A stretch of DNA of 64,000 nt, taken from Gammaproteobacteria bacterium (lineage in GTDB: Bacteria > Pseudomonadota > Gammaproteobacteria > JACQPQ01). A program made the position numbers and the translations under genes. Below the pieces are notes generated by a model. The model ran no database searches. It was given only the letters and a program-made list of their open reading frames with translations, and was not told where the DNA came from. The stretch spans positions 20,767 to 84,766 of the forward strand of contig JACQPQ010000018.1 in assembly GCA_016207405.1 (NCBI GenBank). The letters are read 5' to 3'. Positions 10,381 to 19,354 of this stretch are shown here, piece after piece (positions within the stretch are counted from its first letter, which is position 1; each line of letters starts with the position of its first letter).

Positions 10381-10869
10381 TTATACAACTTTCCGCAAAC
10401 CCATCTCAACCCCTTGCGGGACTTTTGCGGGAGCTACGTTCCGCAAAAGCTTGAGTACTGTGACTGTAGCGCTTTCCTTTTTCTCACACACTGCGTTTGC
10501 AGCACGAACTAAATTGGTTAATTCAGCTGCAGAATAGTGCGTGGTTATCCTCCCCGATCGATGCCCCAGTAAATCCTGTCGATCTTCAAAACTCACCCCT
10601 GCGGAACGCAAACGCCTCCCAAAGGTATGTTTCAGATCATGCACGCGAACGTCTATGCCAGCCAGTTTGCGCGCACGCTTCCAAGCTGAGTTGTTCATCT
10701 TGGTAACATAATGCCCTTTATAGGTAAAAACATATTCAGGATGCATCCCACGAACTTCTTCAAGCACCGATTTGGCAACACTGTTTAGCACTACCAATCG
10801 ATCCTCCCGGTTTTTGACAACATGAGCAGGGATCAAAAATACGCTCGTGTTTAACTCTGGTACAGACAC
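10381..10869 (-). pseudogene. Tyrosine recombinase/integrase remnant carrying only the C-terminal catalytic domain
   Basis: HDLKHTFGRRLRSAGVSFEDRQDLLGHRSGRITTHYSAAEL carries the R/HxxR/Y catalytic signature. Only about 160 aa remain and no N-terminal SAM/core-binding domain is recognisable upstream. Confidence 0.7.
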
Positions 10870-11274
10870 TTCCCACTCCCATCGTAGTTGACATACCTCT
10901 TAGAACACTGCGCAGTTACCTCTATCGACCAAAGTATCGATCCTTCTCGCGGCTACCGCGACGATTTTGAAATTGTAGTGGTTTACCGCTACCAGTACCA
11001 AACCATTTCTGTGTATGGCAAGCCTGGTACAAGCCACAATTTCAACGGCAAAACTTATGGTTGCGTGCTGTTTGAAGGCCACCCACTTGCCGCAGGTAGT
11101 GCTCCACGCGGTGCCAAAATGACTGAAGAACAGGCTACCGAGGTGTTCAATGCCTTGGTGAGTCTGTAAATCGGAAACAAGAGTATTTAAACCGTCATGT
11201 CCACGCATGACCTAGATTTGTAATGACCGTCACCACGTGGGTTTGGTGACACAGCCCTTTGAAAGGGGCAAAAG

Positions 11275-11910
11275 ATGAACAGTTTGCAATACAATGATGG
11301 CCTGCTCAATGCAGGTCGGACCCCGAAACTATTTTTGGTTCTCTCCAATGGAAATATCGTAAAGTTCCAGGGAGAAAACATCCCCGGCATCCTGGTCGTC
11401 AAATCCAGCAAATACCAAAAAAATGGCAAGTGGTCGAACACCACGTACCAACTGGAAATAGCTGATGGAGTTGGCGTCTGGGAAGCAACATCCCAAATGC
11501 ACCAAGGCTATTGGGATGCAATCGCTTCGTGGGAAGAAGCACAGGCGCACGTTATTGCACAAGGGGGCCACTTCGTTTCGGTGGAGGAAGTCAAACGAGT
11601 CGTTTTGGCTACGTGGGAAAAGGCCGCCGCTCGGTTTGATACCACAGCCGAAGCATTGGCGAAAATGACTGTGGCGCCAACGGAGCCAAAATCGTTTACC
11701 TTTGGAAGCCCAACCAACCGCGCCATCGAAAATGGCTATTGGGAATCCCCGAAGGAACACGATGGCGTGAGCTTCAAATTGGTTGATCCCACCAAAGGAT
11801 GGACAACGGGAAATGTGATCGCAGACAAACCTGGGATCGTGGTCACTAATGTAACGCATCGCTCAGGGATGCATGGAGGCTACTACACCATTCAGTATAT
11901 GGTTCAGTAG
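11275..11910 (+). CDS. Hypothetical island cargo protein with no recognisable domain
   Basis: 211-aa ORF followed by a hairpin and T-run at 11977..11995. Confidence 0.4.
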   Translation: MNSLQYNDGLLNAGRTPKLFLVLSNGNIVKFQGENIPGILVVKSSKYQKNGKWSNTTYQLEIADGVGVWEATSQMHQGYWDAIASWEEAQAHVIAQGGHFVSVEEVKRVVLATWEKAAARFDTTAEALAKMTVAPTEPKSFTFGSPTNRAIENGYWESPKEHDGVSFKLVDPTKGWTTGNVIADKPGIVVTNVTHRSGMHGGYYTIQYMVQ

Positions 11911-11976
11911 TCGTCCAACCGCACGGCTTTTGCCAACACCGACAATCTACAAGCAGCAATAAACGGTGTTAAACAG

Positions 11977-11995
11977 AGGCCCGCGGCCTTTTTAT
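11977..11995 (+). terminator. Putative rho-independent terminator
   Basis: aggcccgcggcct stem followed by ttttta. Confidence 0.4.
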
Positions 11996-12072
11996 TTGAG
12001 TCTCAAAAATAAACGGTCGATTATTTTTGAGTTATAATCGCTGCCTCAAGGGATAAAACCGAGACTGCTGAC

Positions 12073-12696
12073 ATGGACGAAACCACATCTCAAAAAACTA
12101 TTTCCTATCTGCGTGTTTCCACCATCGATCAAGATTTAGAAAAAAACAAAGCGGATATTCTGCATCTGGCGCACGAAAAACGTTTGGGTAAGGTTAAATT
12201 TGTGCAGGAAAAGATTTCGGGCGCCATCCCCTGGCGACAACGCAAGGTTGGCAAGGTGGTCAATCAACTCAAAAAGGGGGATGCATTGATTGTGAGTGAG
12301 CTTTCGCGCCTGGGTAGAAGCATGTTGGAATGCATGGAAATTCTTTCTATCGCCGCCCAAAAGGGTATTAGGGTTTATTCTGTCAAAGGTAACTGGCAAT
12401 TAGATGGCAGCATCCAAAGCAAAATCATCGCCATGGCCTTTAGTATGGCGGCGGAAATAGAGCGAGATCTGATCTCGAAACGCACGATTGAGGCCCTGCG
12501 CGCCAAAAAAGCCCAGGGCGTTACACTTGGCCGTCCTAAAGGCTCTGGCAGCAGCAAGCTCGACCCTGTTGCCCCTAAAATCCAAACAATGCTTAACAAG
12601 GGTGCAACCAAACGCGCCATTGCCAACCGTTTTAGCACCACGGAATCTAACCTGTATGTGTGGCTTAAGAAGCGGGAGGCCCTTGCAACAGCCTGA
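12073..12696 (+). CDS. Small serine recombinase of the resolvase/invertase family
   Basis: YLRVSTIDQ catalytic serine motif, the LSRLGRS motif and a C-terminal HTH. 207 aa. Confidence 0.85.
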   Translation: MDETTSQKTISYLRVSTIDQDLEKNKADILHLAHEKRLGKVKFVQEKISGAIPWRQRKVGKVVNQLKKGDALIVSELSRLGRSMLECMEILSIAAQKGIRVYSVKGNWQLDGSIQSKIIAMAFSMAAEIERDLISKRTIEALRAKKAQGVTLGRPKGSGSSKLDPVAPKIQTMLNKGATKRAIANRFSTTESNLYVWLKKREALATA

Positions 12697-13418
12697 TGAT
12701 TTCGGCCCTCTAATCCCCTGTATGCCTAGTGTTTGGTGGTTACAATTTGTTGCAAAACTTTACGTCCCAGTAACAGACAAGCGCCAAGCTTACGGCTATT
12801 ATCTAAACAATAGGATTTGGAATCGTCATGGCAGACCTAAAGCGCATCAAAAAATAAGGGCTTAGGCGTTAACAAAAAGTTGCCAAGTTTTACACAAATG
12901 TAACAGACAAACCCTAGAATCCGATGTACGCTTAAACTCACAAGGACAAAAACCCGTCAAGGCCGACCCGAAATCAAAATGCCATTTCAGGTGGATATAG
13001 AGATAGGCGAGTTTCGATAAAAACGAAGGTTTATTTTTGAGACTTTTAAGCACGTTTTTATCGGAGTTTTTCAAGGTGTAAAAAAACACAGTTTGAAAGA
13101 CAGGTTTACCCTTCCTCTTTATTCATTTTTTACCATCTTCTGAAATCTGTCTGTCACTATTCGTCTTTAGCCATTGGTTCGTAAAAAGCCATTAGGCGCA
13201 AGCGCATTTATACAAATGCTTTTGCATCTAGTGGTTTTCTCTTGAAGTTTATCTGATAAAAACTTCAAGCCATTTGGCTTCAGATCAGTTGTCATAATGA
13301 CGCTGCCTGTTGTCCAGATGGTTTGAAGTGAAGTCTAATTTCCCGTTTTTTTTTATTTTCCAATGGAGCCCTCTGCCGATGCAATACTCGGCTGGTTAAA
13401 AACCAAGGGGGAAACGGC

Positions 13419-14201
13419 ATGTTAACATTAGGCAATCTTTCTCTTAGTTCCAATGTTGCAATCGTTTTCGCTAAGGGCGAAAAACTCCGCGTAAGATTTA
13501 TGTGTTCCTGCGGAGAAGACCTTGCAACAGGGCAAGGCCAGTGGGGTAGTCAGGATTTGGTGTTTAAAAGACCCACTGTGGTTGTAGTCGAGGAATTGGG
13601 AGACTGGAGAGGCAAGTTGTCTTGCAAGCATCTTCGCTTTGCGAGAGCACTGCGTGAGGAAAGGCTAACCTCAGAGCTTTCGAATGCGGTATCTCCGTAT
13701 CCGAAGTTACGGACGGCTCTAAATCACGCAGGTGTACCGAAAATGGAGGTGCCGGGTGGCTTCAATCGTGCGTTGAAGTATGCGGACGAAATTCTCGTTC
13801 CTGATTACTCAACAACGTCTGGTTCATCCGGTTGGTTGGTCAAGAATTCTGAGGTGGGGAAGTATTTGAGAGGGTTACCCCCGCTAAAGGATTCTGGGGA
13901 GATAGGGCGCATTTGGGTTAACTTCGTTGGGTTCGTAAATACACCTGACGAGTGTTCAATCCGAGTTTGTTCCGAAGATCCGACTGGGCAGGAAGCACCC
14001 AGCTATTACGACTGGCCACGTGGCTGCTATATGTCGACCAACCACCAGATTTTTAGGGTGGAGTTCGATAAAAAAAGCCATCGCGTGAAGAAGATTTATA
14101 ATCAGACTCATGGCACCGAGCAGGGAGAGGTCTACTACAAGGTTCGCCCTGTAGGCAGATCGATATCTGTTGGCCAACGTCTGCCACGCGATTGCCGGTA
14201 G
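13419..14201 (+). CDS. Hypothetical protein with no recognisable domain, flanked by related palindromic sites
   Basis: 260-aa ORF with a GTG/ATG start. Confidence 0.35.
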   Translation: MLTLGNLSLSSNVAIVFAKGEKLRVRFMCSCGEDLATGQGQWGSQDLVFKRPTVVVVEELGDWRGKLSCKHLRFARALREERLTSELSNAVSPYPKLRTALNHAGVPKMEVPGGFNRALKYADEILVPDYSTTSGSSGWLVKNSEVGKYLRGLPPLKDSGEIGRIWVNFVGFVNTPDECSIRVCSEDPTGQEAPSYYDWPRGCYMSTNHQIFRVEFDKKSHRVKKIYNQTHGTEQGEVYYKVRPVGRSISVGQRLPRDCR

Positions 14202-14499
14202 CAAAACGCCCGCCCGGGGGTTAATCCGGGATGCCTTTTCAGGTTGTTATATGCTCGGCGTTTGTGGTGGAAACACTGCAGGCGCCTTTTATTTTTCAGT
14301 CTCCAAAATAAACCTTCTTTTTTACTTGAGACTTCCTGCCAGATTGAACAGAAGACAGGCGCGGCGGTACAAGTAGCCAAACATTTCCATTGACAGCTTT
14401 TCAGATCGCGGGGTAAGCTTGCTGGCAAGACTTAGTGGGACGACAGAAAATTTCTGGAATTAAAAACAAAATGAACGTCACTCTTGTTATCGGCGTCAC

Positions 14500-15225
14500 A
14501 TGCCATTAAAAAGCGAATTTTCAAGCATGCATAAGCCAAAGAAATCAGAGAACCCTAAGGTTACCCCCCTGACTTTTGAAGGTCTTGTTCACTCGATTCG
14601 TGCCATCCATGATGATCTGGCCGCTCAGGCTGATCGTGCCGTTAATATCAGCCTTACACTGCGGAACTGGTTGATTGGTTGTTACATCGCAGAGTATGAG
14701 TTGAATGGTGCCGATCGGGCCCATTATGGCGAGAAACTACTGCCGGAGCTTGCACACCAGCTTACCCAACTCAATGTCAGCAATTGCAACCGACGACAGT
14801 TGTATGATTACTTGAAGTTCTATCGTACCTATCCCCAAATAGTGCGGACGCTGTCGGCACAATTGAAACACTTGTCTCCCAAAACTATTCCCGCCGCCCT
14901 TGAAAAAGTGCCGACAGTGTCGGCACAATCTGGTCTACCACCGGAACGCCTCATCAGCTCCCTTTCCTATAGCATGTTTAAGTCTTTGGTAGAGATGGAT
15001 GACAACGTTAAACGAGCTTTCTACGAAATAGAATGCATTAAAGGCAATTGGTCCGTACGTGAACTTAAGAGGCAGATAGCTTCGCTCTACTTCGAGCGCT
15101 CTGGTTTGTCCTATGATAAGGTGAAATTGGCCAGGCTTGCTTGGGAGGGTACTGAAAAAGCAGAGGGCCAGGCCACGACTCAAGGTTTCCTGTCCGTTGT
15201 GAACTGTGGTGGGGTTGAAAACTAA
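14500..15225 (+). pseudogene. YhcG/DUF1016 family N-terminal domain only. The PD-(D/E)XK nuclease C-terminal domain is missing.
   Basis: AFYEIECIKGNWSVRELKRQIASLYFERSGLSYDK matches the DUF1016 N-terminal signature. The ORF ends without the nuclease half. Confidence 0.55.
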
Positions 15226-15403
15226 GTGATTGGCCTTTGGTGTCTGTCAGGGTTAGCGTTTTATTTTCCGCATCTATGGTTTGTACGCGGTAGTAGGCAC
15301 CTTTATGTAGCGGTTCGAAGGTGCGATTAGCGCGAATCATATCACCCACTTGGTAGCTGCTCACTTGTGCCTGTTGTGCTCGGGTAAGCCCTCGGTTAAC
15401 CAA
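15226..15403 (-). pseudogene. Fragment resembling the SH3-like domain of RecD/TraA-type helicases or relaxases
   Basis: LTRAQQAQVSSYQVGDMIRANRTFEPLHKGAYYRVQTID. The rest of the listed ORF is antisense to the YhcG fragment. Confidence 0.25.
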
Positions 15404-15440
15404 AATTGAGGTGTTGATTTCTTGATTAGACTTAAAGAGG

Positions 15441-15869
15441 GTGCATCAATCACATCCTAGGAATGAGCTAATTGCGAAAGTATTTTATGATACTGGTTTT
15501 ATTGAGAAGTGGGGTACAGGCACCACGAAAATGCTTACTCTGTGTAAGGAGCATAGGTTACCAGAACCGGAATTTTCGGAATATTCCGGCGGATTTTCCA
15601 TCCAATTTAAGTTTAAAGCCTCTTTGGGCGCCATTTCCCTAGCAATTAGAACTAAATCCCCTTTGAGTTCTAGGCAGTCTGACATCCTGCAGATCATTGG
15701 TAAGTATGGTAAAGCGAAGATGCAGTACATTTTGTCAGAGCTTAAAGATCCTCCAACCTCCAGGATGGTTTTAAAGGACCTAAATCATTTAAAGGAATTG
15801 GGTTTGATTGAGTTAGAAGGTAGTACAAAAGCAGCCTTATGGACTATTAAACCAAAAAATGCACCGTAA
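15441..15869 (+). pseudogene. C-terminal HATPase_c_4/wHTH fragment of a Schlafen/AlbA_2-type ATP-binding protein
   Basis: RNELIAKVFYDTGFIEKWGTGTTKMLTLCKEHRLPEPEFSEY matches the C-terminal domain of putative DNA-binding/RecG-like proteins. The N-terminal AlbA_2 part is absent. Confidence 0.5.
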
Positions 15870-16075
15870 TTTTTTATGCGAACTTTTTACGAACTTTATG
15901 CGAATCTTTTACGAACTTGTGGGCAACACCACATGCTGGTCACACTAAGACGCAAAAACCCTTGCGGGACTTTTGCGTATTTGGGTTATATGCCGTTATA
16001 GTTTGTTATGGGTTTGCAACGGGCGCCACACAAAATATATTGTTATTTATCAAGTTGTTAACTTTTACTTCTCTA

Positions 16076-16126
16076 GCTTCGAACCAGGCGGTCGGGGGTT
16101 CGAGTCCCTCCGGGCGCGCCAGTTAA
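16076..16126 (+). repeat. attR, the second copy of the 51-bp tRNA-Arg 3'-half repeat
   Basis: Exact duplicate of 10322..10372. Confidence 0.85.
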
Positions 16127-16166
16127 ACCAAAATAGAAAAAATGACTGGGCAGTGACCCTTCCCCC

Positions 16167-16427
16167 TTATTTTCGATAGACATCCCGTCGATGTCCAATT
16201 TTATAAATGACAATTTTTCCATTTTCTTCATCCAGTAGGCAGATAATTCTGTAGTCCCCTTGGCGTACTCGAAATTTTTCATCCCCTGCTAATTTTTCCG
16301 CAGATACGGTTTTAAGCCCATGGGATAAACCTCGAATTTTTTCTACAATTCTCTGAACATCTTTTTTAGGAAGCTTGTCTAATTCCTTAAACGCCGACCG
16401 CTTAAATAAAATTTCATATTTTTCCAT
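16167..16427 (-). CDS. Type II toxin of the RelE/ParE family
   Basis: 86 aa ending in YRIICLLDEENGKIVIYKIGHRRDVY. Confidence 0.8.
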   Translation of the reverse strand: MEKYEILFKRSAFKELDKLPKKDVQRIVEKIRGLSHGLKTVSAEKLAGDEKFRVRQGDYRIICLLDEENGKIVIYKIGHRRDVYRK

Positions 16428-16647
16428 GCGCTTTTAAATCCTTTAGAACGGCGGCAAATGCAAGTTCTGGTTCACAAGCACGTTCTTTAAAAATCGCCAA
16501 ATCCATTTCGTCTTCTCTTAAAGTTTGAATCAAAGATTCATTGACAATTTCAGAAATTGAATGGTTTGTTTCGACTGATTTAATTCGAAGCGCCTTATGG
16601 ATAACTGGTTCAATGTACACGGTAGTTCGTTTAGTTAATGCACTCAT
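16414..16647 (-). CDS. Putative antitoxin, small RHH/DinJ-like protein
   Basis: Overlaps the toxin start and is about 78 aa from the internal Met. Confidence 0.6.
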   Translation of the reverse strand: MSALTKRTTVYIEPVIHKALRIKSVETNHSISEIVNESLIQTLREDEMDLAIFKERACEPELAFAAVLKDLKAHGKI

Positions 16648-16907
16648 AGTATTCACCTCATACAAATTATAGCATCACAACATTATAACATCAAACTGCT
16701 TTAGACGAGAGTGCGGTGGGCTGTTGAACAGCAATTTCTACGGATTCATGACTTGACCACGGGGTCTAGCACGCTCACCATTCATTGGCTTTACAAAACT
16801 TTACAAAATTCTGTTTGCAGGGGATCAATCTATACACTTAAAATGGCAGCACCAGATTGGGGTTTCTCTTACCCTCATTCATTCAAAAACATGAAACTTC
16901 AGAAAAA

Positions 16908-18590
16908 ATGATAAACAAACTTTATTCCTTCATGAGCTTTGCAGTAGTTCTATTATTGCTTTCCATTTCTCTTTTGGCAGAACCCATTCCGTATGATCCG
17001 GATAAAGACTTCTCAAAAGGACAATTTGACCTGCAACAGTTCCTAGTAGAGTCTGAAAAACAAGTCACCGATCCAGAAATTTATCTAGCCTGCTGCAAAA
17101 ATTTTGACCAATTTACGACGTCCCTTGCAAATGAATTCACAGAAGAGAACCTAAAAACCTATTCCATGCAAGATTTGTTGAATCATGTGGTACGTCAAAT
17201 GGATCAAAAAGGGAGAATTTTAAGAGGAGGGAGTAAGTCCTTTATGCTTTCTTCTTTTTCAGGGCAGAAAAATAGAAAAAAACCTATCTACGACTGTGAT
17301 ATCTCTTGTGCCACTGCACAAGTAGTGCTTTTTAAACTTCAAAAAAAATTCCCACACTACCAAATACTCGATAATTTTCGGTTGATTGAAATTCCAGGGC
17401 ATATGGCCTGTGCCATTATAGACGGTAATCAAAAATACTATGCTGACTTGAATGGTGATTGGAATGATTTGAAGGAAGGCGAGGAAAGCAAGCTGGCATT
17501 CCAATCTCCTCCTGACTATTTAAAAGGATGCGATTTAAGCTCTTCTTATCATCCAGAACTGGATTCTGAAGAGGAGATAAAGTCCTGGCATTTTTCTCTT
17601 TTGGCTCTTCATTACTACCTTTTAGGGAACAATAGGGCTTGCCAAACATATTTGGATAAATCGTTTAGCGGTAAAAATGATATGGTTCAGACACTGGCAC
17701 TTCAAGCAGAACTTTTCTATGAAGAAGGAAAATATCTGGAAGCTATTGCAGTCTATGAAAAAATAGAATCCATCCTAGTGGGTGAAACCAATTACCCTCA
17801 TTGGGTTGACGCATTATGCAAAACAAAGCAACCCAAAAAAGTGCTTAAGCTTATCGAAGGGCTTCCAGTAGAGGTCCTCCATTCTCCAACTGCAAGTATT
17901 CCATGGTGCAAAGCACAAGCGTTCCACACTTTGAGTAGAAAGTACTATAAAAAGAAACAATTTAAAAATGGGTTGTCATTTGCCCAAAAAGCGCTTGAAT
18001 CTTACGAAGAAGCTTATCAGCAATATAACGACCCTTACTATTTAGAAATTAAAACGCTGAAAGAAAGTATAAAGGCAAAAGCCGAAGCAAAAGCCAGATT
18101 AGAAGGAGAAGAAAACACAGAGCAAGAAGCAGAAAAAGCCCTGCATCAGTTTGAAAGGCTATATCGATTGTATCAAAAGGGGGTAGCAAATATTGAGAGT
18201 GACCTAAATGATTCTATAGAAAACTATCTTTCTCAATACGTAGATCTCAATGAAATGAATGCCGGAAAAGAAACCGTTATTATTGAACATGAGCAATTTT
18301 TAAAAGAAATTAGCGCACGGATAGAAAAATCAAAGACATCCAAGAAAGCTAAGCAAAAATTGGCTTCTGCCCTTAAGGCATGTAATCTTTATACGAAATT
18401 TTTTAAGAAAATCAAATTCCCACAAGATGAGATTGTTTTTCTCCTAAAGCCCCTGTACCAATATCTTGCTAAAAATGCTGGCTTGCAAAGTGCCGAAGAT
18501 TTGAGCGATTTTAGTACTGGCCTGTTGGAAAAACGGGATGACAAGAGGCAAGAGCTTTTTGAAGTTTTAAAAGCAGCGGCGGAAAATTAG
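16908..18590 (+). CDS. Secreted TPR-like/coiled-coil protein of unknown function
   Basis: Signal peptide MINKLYSFMSFAVVLLLLSISLLA, a TPR-like region and a K/E-rich coiled-coil tail. The gene is AT-rich. Confidence 0.5.
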   Translation: MINKLYSFMSFAVVLLLLSISLLAEPIPYDPDKDFSKGQFDLQQFLVESEKQVTDPEIYLACCKNFDQFTTSLANEFTEENLKTYSMQDLLNHVVRQMDQKGRILRGGSKSFMLSSFSGQKNRKKPIYDCDISCATAQVVLFKLQKKFPHYQILDNFRLIEIPGHMACAIIDGNQKYYADLNGDWNDLKEGEESKLAFQSPPDYLKGCDLSSSYHPELDSEEEIKSWHFSLLALHYYLLGNNRACQTYLDKSFSGKNDMVQTLALQAELFYEEGKYLEAIAVYEKIESILVGETNYPHWVDALCKTKQPKKVLKLIEGLPVEVLHSPTASIPWCKAQAFHTLSRKYYKKKQFKNGLSFAQKALESYEEAYQQYNDPYYLEIKTLKESIKAKAEAKARLEGEENTEQEAEKALHQFERLYRLYQKGVANIESDLNDSIENYLSQYVDLNEMNAGKETVIIEHEQFLKEISARIEKSKTSKKAKQKLASALKACNLYTKFFKKIKFPQDEIVFLLKPLYQYLAKNAGLQSAEDLSDFSTGLLEKRDDKRQELFEVLKAAAEN

Positions 18591-18601
18591 AAACTTCGCA
18601 A

Positions 18602-19336
18602 TTAAGAACCCACTTCTTGTTTGAGTTGTTCTAATTCCTGCTCAAGCTCTTTGTCTTCCTGGGGATCTCCCTTGCCATCGGCAATGGCACTACGCCGCTT
18701 TTGTTGATAGGCATTTCGGATAAATAGGTAAGGATCTATCTGTTCATCGATCATTTTGTCTACGGTGAGGAGATCCGCTCGGGTTTTTGTAATATCTAAC
18801 GCAAAAAGAATATTTCGAGTCGTCGTTTCCAGATAAGGGTATGGGCCAAGAAATGAATCCAACAAAAAACCTGGCGCATCCACAAAATTACTAGGCCCCA
18901 AAAAAGGCATGATCAAGAAAGGAGGGTTTTGAATGCCCCAGACGCCGATCGTTTGACCAAAATCTTCTTGGTTTTTCTCTAACCCTAGTTTTGTTGCAAC
19001 ATCGAACAACCCCAAAATGCCCACCGTACTGTTGACGATAAAGCGCCCTGCATCCACCCCCGAACGCTTAAATTTACCCTGCAAAAAATCATGCACCGTA
19101 GTTTTAAGCCCCCCTAAATTAAAATAAAAATAAGTGATGCGGGTTTTAACGGGTTTTGGAGTGATTGTATCGTAGCCTTTTGCGATAGGGCGGGCGAGAG
19201 TTTTATCAAACACTCGATTGAAACGATAAATACCTCTGTTGACAGATTCAATCGGATCGTAATTGTTTTCCAGTGTGGCACAACCTGGAAGCAATAAAAC
19301 GCCTATTAAAAAGAAAGTCCTTTTCATCAATAGCAC
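18602..19336 (-). CDS. mlaA: MlaA/VacJ outer-membrane lipoprotein
   Basis: Lipobox LLLPGC and VacJ family motifs. Confidence 0.85.
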   Translation of the reverse strand: MLLMKRTFFLIGVLLLPGCATLENNYDPIESVNRGIYRFNRVFDKTLARPIAKGYDTITPKPVKTRITYFYFNLGGLKTTVHDFLQGKFKRSGVDAGRFIVNSTVGILGLFDVATKLGLEKNQEDFGQTIGVWGIQNPPFLIMPFLGPSNFVDAPGFLLDSFLGPYPYLETTTRNILFALDITKTRADLLTVDKMIDEQIDPYLFIRNAYQQKRRSAIADGKGDPQEDKELEQELEQLKQEVGS

Positions 19337-19354
19337 CTTAGGGGTGATGGACCC

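Noticed and set aside
10270-10512. ORFs translating FEPGGRGFESLRARQL (also at 15973..16179 and 16073..16282)
   Set aside because: They are translations of the tRNA-Arg gene and of its duplicated 3' half. They are artefacts that are useful only for spotting the repeat.
12488-13089. 125-aa + and 75-aa - ORFs in the island intergenic region
   Set aside because: They overlap the resolvase 3' end and a repeat-rich non-coding stretch. There are no motifs and the composition is atypical.
15065-15225. Distal part of the 112-aa minus ORF
   Set aside because: It is antisense to the YhcG-domain ORF. Only the first roughly 55 codons (15226..15403) resemble a real protein fragment.
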